The notes below the pieces were generated by a model. That model did no database searches and was not told the origin of the DNA. It was given only the letters and a program-made list of their open reading frames with translations. Positions 1-12,525 of a stretch of 64,000 nt of DNA are shown here, piece after piece; the stretch's first letter is position 1, and every line of letters begins with the position of its first letter. The DNA comes from Eledone cirrhosa (lineage: Eukaryota), in the NCBI GenBank assembly GCA_964016885.1, contig OZ024743.1, positions 212,784,001-212,848,000 of the forward strand. Direction: 5' to 3'. The position numbers were made by a program, and so were the translations under genes.

Positions 1-850
1 GAGTGGTCTATAGTAGGTTGAGACAATAGAGTGGTTTATAGATGGTTGATACAGTAGAGTGTTCTATAGATGGTTGAGACAGTAGAGTGGTCTATAGCTG
101 GTTGAGACAGTAGAGTGGTCTATAGATGGTTGAGACAGTAGAGTAGTCTATAGATGGTTGAGACAGTAGAGTGGTCTATAGATGGTTGAGACAGTAGAGT
201 GGTCTATAGCTGGTTGAGACAGTAGAGTGGTCTATAGATGGTTGAGACAATAGAGTGGTCTATAAATGGTTGAGACAGTAGAGTGGTCTATACATGGTTG
301 AGACAGTAGAGTGGTCTATAGATGGTTGAGACAGTAGAGTAGTCTATAGATGGTTGAGACAGTAGAGTGGTCTATAGATGGTTGAGACAATAGAGTGGTC
401 TATAGATGGTTGATACAGTAGAGTGGTCTATAGATGGTTGAGACAATAGAGTGGTCTATAGATGGTTGAGACAGTAGAGTGTTCTATAGATGGTTGAGAC
501 AGTAGAGTGGTCTATAGATGGTTGAGACAATAGAGTGGTCTATAGATGGTTGAGACAGTAGAGTGGTCTATAGATGGTTGAGACAATAGAGTGCTCTATA
601 GATGGTTGAGACAGTAGAGTGGTCTATAGATGGTTGAGACAGTAGAGTGGTCTATAGATGGTTGAGACAATAGAGTGGTCTATAGATGGTTGATACAGTA
701 GAGTGTTCTACAGATGGTTGAGACAGTAGAGTGGTCTATAGCTTGTTGAGACAGTAGAGTGGTCTATAGATGGTTGAGACATTAGAGTAGTCTATAGATG
801 GTTGAGACATTAGAGTGGTCTATAAATGGTTGAGACATGAGAGTGGTGTA
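1..850. repeat. 28-bp tandem minisatellite (GAGTGGTCTATAGATGGTTGAGACAGTA), about 30 copies, runs off the window start
   Basis: Head-to-tail units with few substitutions, seen directly. Confidence 0.97.
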
Positions 851-1169
851 TACGGGATATGGTAGAACCTGTAGCGGTGGAGACACCCTGCTTTCTTGGC
901 CACCGGACCACATCCCTATTCACTGTTATCGGAGCGGAATTGGCCGCCCGCAGGTGCGAGCCCCACGAGGTGGATTAGCTGTTATAGCGGATATCCCTCA
1001 TCGTACTCTGGGGCAATGCATTCCTTATCCTGTTGGCCGGGTCCAGAGGTGCGGGCGGGGCGGGGGGGGGGGGGGTAATTAGTTGATAGTGGAGGATACT
1101 TGTTCGGATGTCACTTTCACACATGCATCGAATGTCTTTTTAACTGTTGTATAAAAAATTGTTCCTTCC

Positions 1170-1340
1170 TTTGGCACAAGGCCACCAATTATTCCAGTGT
1201 ATTACTGGTACTTTATTTTATCGACACCGTAAGGATGAAAGGCACAGTTAACCTCGGCGGGATTTGAACTCAGACCATAAAGAGCCGTAACTCTTTGTTG
1301 CATAGCATGGCGTCCGACCCTCTAGCGATACTGCCAATAT
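1170..1340 (-). mobile_element. tRNA-derived SINE with Deu/Nin-like central domain
   Basis: On the minus strand: B box GTTCAAATCC followed by GCCTTTCATCCTTACGG.GTCGATAAAATAAAGTACCAG; many copies in the window. Confidence 0.85.
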
Positions 1341-1719
1341 AAATAATATTTCATTCTATGAAATGTGTACCGTCTCATAAAAGCAACAACAAAAAGCTAC
1401 CATGATTAGATAAAATAGATTATATGTTATCTGTATTCGAACGTATCAATAGATAAATGGAAATGAAGAAACAGTGACAGCTATGTTTTCAATGGTGACC
1501 ATGGCTACGTGATGGTTTCATTACGCAACCACTCACACGATATCATCAGACACCACCTTGTGTAATAAGGTTACGTTTCCGAGGCAATCTAATCTAAAGA
1601 CAAGGAAACAGACAGAAGTGATGTTTTCATAGCCGAAGTCCGAAGCCATTTTCTTATATATATGTGTGTGTGTACACACACACACGCACACACACGCACA
1701 CACACACACACATACATAT

Positions 1720-1759
<40 letters not shown>

Positions 1760-1969
1760 ATAACACCGCTAGCAGAAAACGTTGACTGTTGGTCTAAATG
1801 AAAACATTTTAGAACATTCTAAATAAAACTTGCACTAATTTTAAAAGGAGTGCAACGACTTTGTGACAGACAGGTAAAAATGCAGTACAATCAGTATAAT
1901 ATAGATTATTGTTTGTATTATTTTTGTTATTATAATTATTTTTATTATTATTTATTATCATCATCATAA

Positions 1970-2160
1970 AGGCGGTGAATTAGCAGCATCGGTAGAGCGT
2001 CAGACACCCTGCTTTGTAGCATAGAGTCACGGCCCTTTACGTTGTGAGTTCAAATCCCGCCAAGGTTAACTTCGCCTTTCATCCTTACGGGGTCGATAAA
2101 ATAAAGTACCAGCAATACACTGGGATAATTGCTGTCCTTGTGCCAAATGTAGAAACAATT
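1970..2160 (+). mobile_element. tRNA-derived SINE, same family
   Basis: GGCGG head, GTTCAAATCC B box, conserved core, ATT-rich tail. Confidence 0.85.
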
Positions 2161-2311
2161 ATTATCATCATAATTGTTGTTGTTATTACTATTATAATTC
2201 ATTTTGCAGGCATTTGGATGTGATTCCAGATTTCCCCCGGACCATTATGGAAATGATCTAGCTTGTAGTGTAAACGTATAGAAATATGTCAGGATCAGAA
2301 GGAATTGTAAC

Positions 2312-2776
2312 CAGTGCCGGATTAAGGACAAACGAGGCCCTGCGCTAGTTAAGTTATGAGGCTCTGTGATAGTTAAGTTATGAGGCCCTGTGCTAGTTAA
2401 GTTATGAGGCCCCGTGATAGTTCAGTTATGAGGCCCTGTGTTAATTAAGTTATGAGGCCCTGTCATAGTTAAGTTATGAGGCCCTGTGATAGTTAAGTTA
2501 TGAGGCTCTGTGATAGTTAAGTTATGAGGCCCTGTGACAGTTAAGTTATGAGGCTCTGTGATAGTTAAGTTATGAGGCTCTGTGCTAGTTAAGTTATGAG
2601 GCCCCGTAATAGTTCAGTTATGTGATTGTTAAGTTATGAGGCCCCTTTGAACGTTTGACATTTGAAAAACATTGGAAAAATTAATTGTGAAAAATTTGTT
2701 GGCAGAAGATGAGTTCCCCTAGCCAATGGGGCCTTATGCTGAAGCAAACCCAAGCACAATGGTAAAACTGGTACTG
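2312..2776. mobile_element. hAT-type MITE containing an internal 24-bp tandem array
   Basis: CAGTGCCGG...CTGGTACTG termini; 8-bp flanks ATTGTAAC/ATTGCAAC; internal AGTTAAGTTATGAGGCCCTGTGAT about 12 copies. Confidence 0.75.
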
Positions 2777-2981
2777 ATTGCAACTAAATGTTTTTATACC
2801 GAATATTTGCACACCCACTGAATAAAATATTTACTTTATAAACGTTTATCTTCTTTTAACTTCAAGCCTCTAAATTAAATGACAACCCGCAGAGAGACCC
2901 TCTACATGCTCTCTCGACTTGCTGAATATACCATCCAGATACCACCTAAGTAACATTATACCACATTAGAAAATTTAATTT

Positions 2982-3030
<49 letters not shown>

Positions 3031-3057
3031 GCACACGCACACGCACACACACACGTG

Positions 3058-3335
3058 AAGGCGCATGGCTTAGTGGTTACGCAGTAGGCTTGCAATCGAA
3101 AGGTTGTGAGTTCAATTCTCGGACCGGGTGATGTGTTGTTTCCTTGAGCAAGACACTTTATTTCACGTTGCTCCAGTTTGCTCAGCTGAAAATGAGTACC
3201 AGCAATAGCTGTAGGTTTAACCCTGCGATGGACTGGAGTCCTGTCCAGCGGGTAGTCTTGTACTCTCAGTCGCTTCACGCCATGAAACCGGGATAAGCAC
3301 CGGCCAAATAAGCCTTCTGGCTTAAGACAGACTTT
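3058..3335 (+). mobile_element. tRNA-derived SINE, second family (Meta-SINE-like body)
   Basis: A box TGGCTTAGTGG, B box GTTCAATTC, body CCTTGAGCAAGACACTTTATTTCACGTTGCTCCAG. Confidence 0.75.
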
Positions 3336-3402
3336 AGACTTACGGCCTGCCCGCCCAGCCAGTGGGATGGCGTCATCGTACAGCTAAAACAGCACGTGCT
3401 GT

Positions 3403-3441
<39 letters not shown>

Positions 3442-4034
3442 GCACGCACATTTATAAAGTCGTGTACCAAGCAACTAAAGTGTATGATAAAGCTATATAT
3501 ACAGAATAGAGGTAACCGTGACTGCATAAAATTGTATACAAATTGTTTTTCTCATTTTTAGTATATGTAAACATCCCAAATATACGCAGATCCCTGTGAA
3601 TTGGAAAAATAATAAACATCTTTAACCATCAGTGTGTACATCATAGAAACAACTAAAATGAAATACGTAACCGAGGGGATTATATACTCTATCATTTATA
3701 CCAGTATCCTGATGTAGACGTACTAATAGATTTTAAAAAAATTGTCTAAAATTATAAAGAATCCAAGAAAAACGCGTCTGAAAACATAGCTTGCCATTAC
3801 CTCCACAAATCTTACAATGTATTTGAAGTACATACTTGGAGAAAGCTTATCTTTCATGGACGTCGATAAGTGAAGAGGACCAAATAATTAGTTATACGAG
3901 AGTTATTAATAAGAACATATTTCTTATTTTAAATTTATTACCTGTAATTTACTGCACATAGTTTATATATATCCTCCACCAGTACATCTTATTCAGCTAA
4001 ATACGCCATATATCGAAAGTATCTTCTTCATTTT

Positions 4035-4228
4035 ATCGCTTCTCGGCATTTTGGCTAAGATAAAAGTGTATTATCTGTTTCTATCAGCTTAATATCAACT
4101 TGATATGTTCCTAATATAGGAACTCTGATGTTAAACTGATTTTTCTTTACCATCGAAGATGATGGAGCTTGCTCCAGCTTTGTCATGTGTTGACCTGGTA
4201 TTGAAGTACATCCAGGATTTAGCCCATC
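4035..4228 (+). ncRNA. RNU2: U2 snRNA, degenerate full-length copy (probable pseudogene or variant)
   Basis: Begins ATCGCTTCTCGGCATTTTGGCTAAGAT...GTGTATTATCTGTT; has GGAGCTTGCTCC and CCTGGTATTGAAGTACATCCAGG stems; branch-pairing and Sm sites are mutated. Confidence 0.9.
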
Positions 4229-4539
4229 ACCTTAAGTGAGATATATTAAATAAAAAAATTAGACTACTATCTCAAATAACTAATGAAGTATATTTATTTT
4301 AATAACACGATTCGTGTTCCTTTCCACTAAGCAATTAACCAGCAAATATTTACCGTAAACATAGCCGCACATATCACACTCTGGCGAGGAGATGGTGAGA
4401 ACCTATTTAAAAATACACCTGTTTCTTACCATAATAAAAATAATACTTTCATTGCTAATAAATATTTTTTTAAAAAGCCCATAATTATACAAAAACCACG
4501 AGCAACTCGTCTCAAAATACAGCTTGCGGATTCATATAC

Positions 4540-4843
4540 AAATTTTACAATGTATTTGAAGTACATATTTGAAGAAAGCTTGTCTTTCATGGACTTCGAC
4601 AAATGAAGAGAAGAAAATCATTAGATATACGAGAGTTATGAATAAGAAAATATTTCTTATTCCAAATTTGTTACATGTAATTTACTGCATATATTTTTTA
4701 CGTGCTTGAAGCCCTTGTGGTCATTTCCTCAGAGCATCTAAGTGTAAATCATGAATATTCTTGATCCCAGGGCTTCGCATTGAAGATGTGCAAACGCCGA
4801 AGAAGACTAAAATAAGTTTGAATGTTAATAGTTGTAAATATTG
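4540..4843. repeat. Left copy of a ~304-bp direct duplication flanking the LINE (right copy 6708-7010)
   Basis: Near-identical to 6708-7010 apart from about 3 differences. Confidence 0.93.
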
Positions 4844-6707
4844 ATTTCTTTATTAGCCACAAGGGCGCAACAAGAAAGGGGACAATACAAAGACATGCCG
4901 GGGATTTTACATACAGTCGTGTAAAAAATATAAAAACAAACAATTTCAACAATCGAAATCCCCAATAGGGGGGAGGCGCCACAAATGGGTTGTTTAATAC
5001 CCCGTCGATAGAACAACCCTCAACTCAAGGAGCGTGTTGTGCAAGTGCTCCTTTCTTCCTTTTGCTCTCTTCCTCAACCTACAGGCTTATAAACAGAGAA
5101 GGCCCAATCACTCGGGCCATTTTCGCTTCATTCACCCACCTTTCAGTAAATTTACTGGGGTGCAGTGCCTCTCTCTCCACCCTGATTCTCCTTCTAAAGT
5201 GATACTTAAAGAATGGAATCAATTGTTGTCCGGAGAGAAAGGCATCTGTCCTCAGTCCTCTCAACCTCGTCCACCATATAACTTCTTTCACCATAGCCAC
5301 CGTACAGAGGAAAACCGCCTCTCTTTCGTTTTTGAAAGAGTCTGGCGGTTTGATCCTTACTATGGATTCGGCAGTCAACTGTATTTGTCCCATACGCGAC
5401 AGCAGTTGTTCTGCATAGTTCCACAGGTCGCTTACGCCCGGGCAGTGTACAATTGCGTGCAGAACTGTTTCAATGTCCTGCGCACATCTTGGACACGTCC
5501 TCTTGGAAGGATCCCTGCCAGGGCGTCCGTGCCTGTAGATCTTGTCACGAACCGGTAGAGCTCCTCGGTAGCACTGCCAGGCCAGGGACCTCTGGAAGTT
5601 GTACATAGGTCCCGGGCGGAAAGTCCTACCAAACATACTGGTGAGCTCATCGTCTTCGACGCCCAGAGTCTCTCCGAGCACGTCGTCGCCCTTGTAACGT
5701 ACAATCCCTCTATAGAATGTCGAAGTGGAGTATCCACTGATTGCTGCGCCCGCTTGCCAGAGGACTGTGAGCGCCTGAGCGCATTCAATGTGCCAGGCGC
5801 CCATCGTTTTCGGTCTTTTCTTCACCCAGGACTGTAGCTCCGTTAGCGAGACGAGCTGTGGGAAAGCCTGTCTCACAAACGGTGCCCACACCGGTTGGGG
5901 GTCGGTGAGGAATACCTGGAGATGCCGCAGCCTCAGCGCATGTTTGCGCATCATCAGCCACGGCATTCCCAGCCCTCCGTTGGAAGGGTGCTGACAGCAG
6001 ACGGATCTCCTCACCAGCGGAGCCTGCTTCTTCCACAGAAACTGGAAGAGCATGCGTTCCATCTTGGCGAGGTGTTCACGGGGACAAGGCACGACAGTCA
6101 AGCGGTAGTAGATGACGGACGCTATGAAAGTGTTCGCCACCTCCGCTCGACCTTTCAAGGACAGTTTGCACTCTGCCCACTTCTGAGTGAGTGCAAACAC
6201 CTTGGCCGTGACCTCGTTCCAGTTTTTCTCCACCTGGAGGTCTGGACCGAACCAGACCCCGAGCAATTTCACCGGTCCGTCCGTCCAGCGTCCAACGACG
6301 CTGTCGGATGTCATCGGTTTGCCTCTCCACGTACCGAGTTGCAAACCGACAGACTTGTCTGGGTTTAGTTTTGCTCCCGTCAGCGTTTCGTATTCTTTCA
6401 GTATGTTGCCGATCACCCCGATTTCCGAGGTGCTCGACACCATTACTGTCACGTCGTCGGCATAAGCCGACGCCGCTTTGCGCAGTCCCGGTTCTAGGGG
6501 GATGCCCTGCAACAGCTCCAATTTCCGCAGTAGTGGCTCTAGAGTCAATACATACAGAATGGAGGAGAGAGGGCATCCCTGTCGAATGGAACGCATGATT
6601 GCGAACGGCTCCGATAGGTAGCCGTTCACCTTGACCCTCGAGCAGATGCTGGTGTGCATCGCCTCGATCCATCCTCTGAACACGGGACCGAAACCGGCCG
6701 CCTTGAG
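4844..6707 (-). mobile_element. 5'-truncated Tx1/L1-like non-LTR retrotransposon
   Basis: RT motifs QGCPLS and YADD, C-terminal CPRC...H...C finger, 3' UTR ending AATAAAGAAAT. Confidence 0.92.
5079..6707 (-). CDS. ORF2 C-terminal half (reverse transcriptase + zf-RVT), uninterrupted for about 540 aa; lacks its own start
   Basis: ORF track 5079..6770; the first ~21 aa come from flanking DNA. Confidence 0.85.
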   Translation of the reverse strand, partial: LKAAGFGPVFRGWIEAMHTSICSRVKVNGYLSEPFAIMRSIRQGCPLSSILYVLTLEPLLRKLELLQGIPLEPGLRKAASAYADDVTVMVSSTSEIGVIGNILKEYETLTGAKLNPDKSVGLQLGTWRGKPMTSDSVVGRWTDGPVKLLGVWFGPDLQVEKNWNEVTAKVFALTQKWAECKLSLKGRAEVANTFIASVIYYRLTVVPCPREHLAKMERMLFQFLWKKQAPLVRRSVCCQHPSNGGLGMPWLMMRKHALRLRHLQVFLTDPQPVWAPFVRQAFPQLVSLTELQSWVKKRPKTMGAWHIECAQALTVLWQAGAAISGYSTSTFYRGIVRYKGDDVLGETLGVEDDELTSMFGRTFRPGPMYNFQRSLAWQCYRGALPVRDKIYRHGRPGRDPSKRTCPRCAQDIETVLHAIVHCPGVSDLWNYAEQLLSRMGQIQLTAESIVRIKPPDSFKNEREAVFLCTVAMVKEVIWWTRLRGLRTDAFLSGQQLIPFFKYHFRRRIRVEREALHPSKFTERWVNEAKMARVIGPSLFISL

Positions 6708-7010
6708 AAATTTTACAATGTATTTGAAGTACATATTTGAAGAAAGCTTGTCTTTCATGGACTTCGACAAATGAAGAGAAGAAAATCATTAGATATACGA
6801 GAGTTATGAATAAGAAAATATTTCTTATTCCAAATTTGTTACATGTAATTTATTGCATATATTATTTACGTGCTTGAAGCCCTTGTGGTCATTTCTCAGA
6901 GCATCTAAGTGTAAATCATGAATATTCTTGATCCCAGGGCTTCGCATTGAAGATGTGCAAACGCCGAAGAAGACTAAAATAAGTTTGAATGTTAATAGTT
7001 GTAAATATTG
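6708..7010. repeat. Right copy of the ~304-bp direct duplication
   Basis: Matches 4540-4843. Confidence 0.93.
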
Positions 7011-7756
7011 TTACTAAGACAGTACGGAAGTTAGATTCTAATTAACAGTGAAGTCTATCAGAGACCAAATTCCTGTGATTTAATGGGTTTTTGTTTTGTT
7101 AGTTGACATTTTTACTGGTCTGAACAAAACAAATGAATGAAACCCTCTGAATGTAACAACCATTCAGACTAGAAAATAATCTTATTTCTCACTTGAAAAT
7201 GTCAACTTTAATTTCAGGCCATGTCGAAACAATATTTATCTATGGTTGTGGCTGTTTTGTTTGTTTCCAAATCAAATACTGCATCTGTGTGAATCATCTA
7301 TTGACCTTTTACAACACCATGCACTATTTCCTCTCTATTTAAGCTCCTAAATAAACCACTATGTAGATATCTCTATTATGTCATTCTACAATTAAAAAAA
7401 CAAAACAAGAATTATGACATCTGCAGACAAAAATGTCTTTTATCCAATAGCCCCACAATATCATATTTCTTGATTAAATGTTTTCAGTGACAACATGAAA
7501 TCAGTATAAATGCCCTACTCACTCTAATATCTTCACTTACACCTACTTATCCACTTGCTCAGGAGAATCTCTATAACTTATGGGCACACACATATTATTT
7601 GATCAAACAGTTTAATTAACAATGAAAACAAAGTATTTATGATAACAAGAAAGCCTACTGAAGTAGCAAGGAATTAAAGTTAGGCCTTACATCGAACTTT
7701 ACCGAAACAATAACCATGGTAATATTTATTTATAGCAACATAAACCTCCATTCCAA

Positions 7757-7902
7757 GCGGAAAATTGGCAGAGTCGTTAGATAGAATGCTTTGCGGTATT
7801 CATTTCGACTCCCTACTCTCTGTGTTCAAATCCCGCCGAGGTCAACTTTGCCTTTCATCCATTCGAGGTCGATAAAAAAATTACCAGTCTAGTACTGGGG
7901 TC
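7757..7902 (+). mobile_element. tRNA-derived SINE (Deu/Nin-like), diverged
   Basis: GTTCAAATCCCGCCGAGGTCAACTTTGCCTTTCATCC core. Confidence 0.75.
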
Positions 7903-9777
7903 TTTTCTTCCTCTATATCCCTTTCTCATTTCCATACACTCACTCTCTTTATCCTTCTCACGAAGAAATCTGTTCTATTCAGACCTGGAGTTTTAAAATG
8001 CATAGAAACACCGCATGTCAATACGGCGCCCCGACGACCCCGTCAGAAGTTACGAAACCATGCATGCATGCAAACCTACATTCAGTGACTCAAGTTTTAT
8101 GCTACTTCAAATTTATGCCTTAGATAAACAAAATGGAGTGATAAGTTAACTGTATGCTGTGTATTGGGATTATTTTTTGAGCTCCAGTATATCACCAGTA
8201 GCAGCAGGCTACACTAATTCATAGGCTTGGCGAGTTCAAGTGCTAATGAGCTCATATATCTCTAGAAATAGAAAGGTGCTGCTAATATCAATATTTCTAT
8301 TATCCTTCTACCTTTCACTCACTATATCTATCACAGCTCTCTCTCTCTCTTCCATCTCTCCCATTCTGTATCTCTCTCTCTCTAATTTTCCCCTCTCTTT
8401 CATCACTACAGCCTCCAATAATATGCACTTGTTCAACTTTAAGCAGCTTCTTCTCTTATACATCTCATTCTGTAGGTTTATCTTGTTCAGAATGTTTATA
8501 ATTAAAAACAATAACCAAGTTACTTACTTGTGACGGCATGAAAGCTAATGGTTAGGGTGTTGGGCTCACGATCCTAATGTCGTCGGTTAGATTTCTGAAC
8601 TAGGTGGAACCTTTTTTTTTTACTTAAGTAAAACACTTCATTTATTTGAAAGCACAAGAAAGCATCGGCTGCTTCAGCAATGCATGAATAGGTCACTTTC
8701 ATTTTTTCTCTTATCTTTGTGATAGGTTCAAGAACAAACGTAGAACTGCATTGTTTTATACTTATTCTCACACAAAGAGCTTCTGAGAGTTTGGAAGATT
8801 ACCTATACATGGTTTAGAAGAATAAGGTATATCTGTAGACAGGTTACAATTGGTTTCTTTACTTTATCAGCAAACAGAAAGTGGCTACGAAAAGATTACT
8901 ACATATAGAACAGAAAAAAATAAGGATAAAGATTATTAGACAGCACGGCCTACATACTCTAAAGAAAACTAATTTCAATATCAATAAAAATTCCACCTGC
9001 ATGAACAATGCTTGCAATAACAACATTCGCATACACACACGACTGTGCAGCACTAAATGAAAAGTATTTTTGAGAATGGGAGTTTTACTTGATGCACCAT
9101 TGAAATAGATATACTCAACGCAATCAATCACAAAAAAGTGATGGCTTAGCAAATTATATTAACCCACACAGCTTGGCCTTGCTTAAGAAGAAAATTTACG
9201 TATTTGTACATGATTAAAAATTGGCAGGTACTTTCACTTGCATTTCAAACAGCATCTGGAAAGGGATGTGTTTAGTGTGTGGAGAAAAATACTCGTTATC
9301 CAATGCAGTAAAGCCTGTCTGCCTGGTATCTAGAACTGATGAGAATATCAGTGAAAAGACAAGCTAAAATTATGAGGCACACATTCACTTTTATATTTGT
9401 AGATTAATGCTTGAGCCAAAGAAACACAAAAGTGAAGGTCAGGGTAATGGGTCATGGCATTGACTTCTGGCTCGTTCTCAGCTTTGCATCGCAGTATAAT
9501 GGGTGATCACTTCAGGGTGACAAGAGAAGACGTATGATTGGAGGTAATCAGTGTTGACTTACAAGTCCCAGTGACTTCTGAAAATTAGGGAGCTGAACTA
9601 TAACTATGTTTAGTGGAGGGGAGCAGAAACAAATGACATGACAATGATGGTGCAGGGGCAAAAAGCCCATTTTCTGTCACTGTTGTTGTAAGAAAGTCCC
9701 AGAAGAGTGGGAAAAGTGGACAGGAAAAGAAGGCGATGGAGACCAAGAAAAGCAACAACAGGCATCATTCTTTAGAA

Positions 9778-9946
9778 CAGGAGTTCTCAACCTGGACTCT
9801 GTGGAAACTTAGGATTCCGTATCAATAATTTTTGTTTTTATAGCAAGATTTTACTGCTGTTCTAATGCTTATTGCAGTGATAGGTTTTAAGTCCCGTTAT
9901 CTTTTTGTTCATCTGTGAAGGATCCATGAAAAGGTCGGAGCTCTTG
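9778..9946. mobile_element. Degenerate hAT/Charlie-like MITE
   Basis: CAGGAGTTCTCAACC start, weak right TIR, flanks CTTTAGAA/CTGTAGAG resemble the NTCTAGAN target. Confidence 0.45.
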
Positions 9947-10002
9947 CTGTAGAGCACCATTGGTCATAACGACGATAACAACAACAGCAATAATAATAAT
10001 AA

Positions 10003-10620
10003 TGGTTCCTGATATAGGCACACGGCCAACAATGTTTTGGGCGGGGAAAGTCGATTAAATCGACCCCTGACCGTAAAGGGACGTAACTCTATGCTGCAAA
10101 GCATAGTGTCCGATGCTCTATCGATGCTACCAATTCACCACCCTTAATAATGATTTTTTATTTAGGCAAAAGGCCAACAATTTTGGGGGAGGGGAAAGTT
10201 GATTAAATGGACCACAGTGCGTTACTGGTACTTTATTTTATCGACCCCGTAAGGATGAAAGATAAAGCTAACCTCCGCGGGATTTGAACTCAGAATGTAA
10301 AGAGCCGTAACTCTATGCTGCTAAGCATGTTGTCCAACGCTCTACAGACACTGTTAATCTACTGCCCTTATCATCATCATCATCATCATCATCACTTTAA
10401 TAATAATGATTTCTATTATAGGCACAAGGCCAGTAATTTGTGGGGAGGGGACAGTCAATTAAATTGACCCCAATACGTTACTGGTACTTTATTTTATCGA
10501 CCCCGTAAGGATGAAAGGCAAAGATAACCTCGACGGAATTTGAACTCAGAGCACAAAGGGCCATAACTCTATGCTGCAAAGCATGGCGTCCGACCCTCTA
10601 CCGTTACTGCCAATCCACCA
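10003..10620 (-). mobile_element. Three tandem SINE copies
   Basis: Repeated SINE head/core separated by AAT/CAT tracts. Confidence 0.85.
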
Positions 10621-10921
10621 ATAATAAAATTACAATAGATACGTCCCACCCTATAGTTGATTAATTAATCCCAACATAAATGTCTCTTATCAATAATATT
10701 GATCGTTTCTATATTAGGCGTCCATCACCACCATTCTCATCACTCTTATATCACCCACACCATTCTCAAGTCACGAGATCCAATCAGTCAACTATAAATA
10801 CCTACATGAGTGTCGTCACACGATGTTATAGTAACAGGACAGAGACTTGAGGTGAGTGGTAAAACTCTAAAAATATTTCTAAATCAAGTTGGTGGTGGTG
10901 GGGCAGGGTGAGGTGCTTGCT

Positions 10922-11030
10922 GTTGACTTTGCCTTTCATCCTTACGGGGTCGATCAAATAAAGTACCAGTAATGCACTGGGTAATTTGCTGGCCTTGTGC
11001 CTAAAGTAGAAACAATTATTAATATTATTA
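10922..11030 (+). mobile_element. SINE 3' half
   Basis: Core GCCTTTCATCCTTACGGGGTCGAT and tail. Confidence 0.75.
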
Positions 11031-11649
11031 TTATTACCACCACAAAACAGAAAAAAATTCTGTGAACAAATAACCGCAATGTTAAATTAAAACGACAGCA
11101 ACAACTAAAACGACAACAACAACAACAACTCCAACGACAGCAACTACTACTACCGAGGTTCCACTGTATATACATTTGACAAAAGTTTTATTTTTTGACC
11201 ACATTATTTTTTATCCCAGATTTAATTACGTTTACTTGAGTATATATCTTCCAAAGAGAGCAACTATCTACGTGTTTCTTCTTAGCTTCTTCAGTGAACT
11301 TTAAGCTGATACAGAATTTGATAATAACCCTTGACATCTTATTTCTGGTGCTATAAATGGTCATTTCGTTCAACATGTATGCACGTGTGTGATTGTGTGT
11401 GAGAAAGATCTTAAGGATCTACATATAGACATAGAATGTATTGTTTTCAGTTGCATACTTTCGTTCAGTAAGTCTTTCATTAGTAGATAATATAATTATA
11501 TATTATTTATCAAGGCTTCCGGTACCAAGGAGCTTTAGGGACCCTAAATAATTTGTTTCAATATGGTTTGGTTTCTAAATATGTTAGTATGATCATGTTT
11601 TTAATTTCTTTCTTAGTCTCGTATTGATGATAAAAAAGTGTGAACTAAT

Positions 11650-11902
11650 AATGATTTCTACTATAGGCACAAGGCCAGCAATTTTATTTTGGTGTGTGTT
11701 TGTGTGTGTGTGTGTGTGTGTGTATGTGAGTCGATTAAATCGACCCCAGTGCAATACTGGTGTTATATTTTATCAACCCCGTAAGGATGAAAGACAAAGC
11801 TAACCTCGGCGGGACTTGAACTCAGAATGTAAAGGGACATAACTCTATGCCACGAAGCAGGGTGTCCGACGCTCTACTGATTCTACCATTCCACCGCCCT
11901 TA
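11650..11902 (-). mobile_element. tRNA-derived SINE with internal (GT)n
   Basis: Same core as the other copies. Confidence 0.8.
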
Positions 11903-12351
11903 ATGTGATCTAATAATAATAATATACATATACAGTTTATATACTTAATCTCTCTCCTATAATCCCCAAACTGTAACGGAAGCTCTGCTTAAATATTATA
12001 TATTATAGATTGTATATAGTTGACTGATGGCTTAGATGTTTGCATTACAATCATAAGGTTCCTGGTTCAGTCTCACGACATAGTATCTTGGGCAAGTGTA
12101 ATTTACTATAGCCTCAAATCGACCCCAACTTAGTGAGTGAAAGTGGACAGATGAAAAACTGTAAGCTCATCGGAGGGATTGTACATGTTATACATTCTTG
12201 CTGATTAATTTCATGAGCAGGCTGTTCCATTGGTCAAACAACTAGAACATTCATAGCCAAAACCAATGGCGGTCCATTCCATATTATAGGTAGTGTGTAC
12301 CCCAATGTATTTTATTTATAGATTGGTAATCATTGCCAACTATTCAAAACA

Positions 12352-12525
12352 TATGTGGGTCAGTTGAATAGTTCTTAGGCTGACCAAGATACTCTCATGG
12401 AATGACCAAATGAGGTTTATTTTTCAATATAGTCTCTGGAAAGAAACAATGAAGTTATTAATAAGAAGAGTTGAAAATAATGCATGCAAGATTTCAGAGC
12501 ACTAGCATTAATCCTTCATAATCAT
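12352..12525. mobile_element. Truncated mariner-like MITE
   Basis: Homologous to 25309-25505. Confidence 0.6.

Noticed and set aside
1-850. CRISPR-like periodic array
   Set aside because: No unique spacers; plain 28-bp tandem repeat in eukaryotic context
1970-2065. tRNA genes
   Set aside because: A/B boxes belong to SINE heads followed by SINE bodies; no intact cloverleaf
6708-6770. ATG start giving the 563-aa ORF an N-terminus
   Set aside because: These codons come from the duplicated flank; chance in-frame fusion to a truncated ORF2
9337-9362. CTGATGA...GAAA hammerhead candidate
   Set aside because: No stem I, II or III complementarity
8500-9770. Possible host exons in non-repetitive sequence
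   Set aside because: No recognisable protein or consistent splice chain
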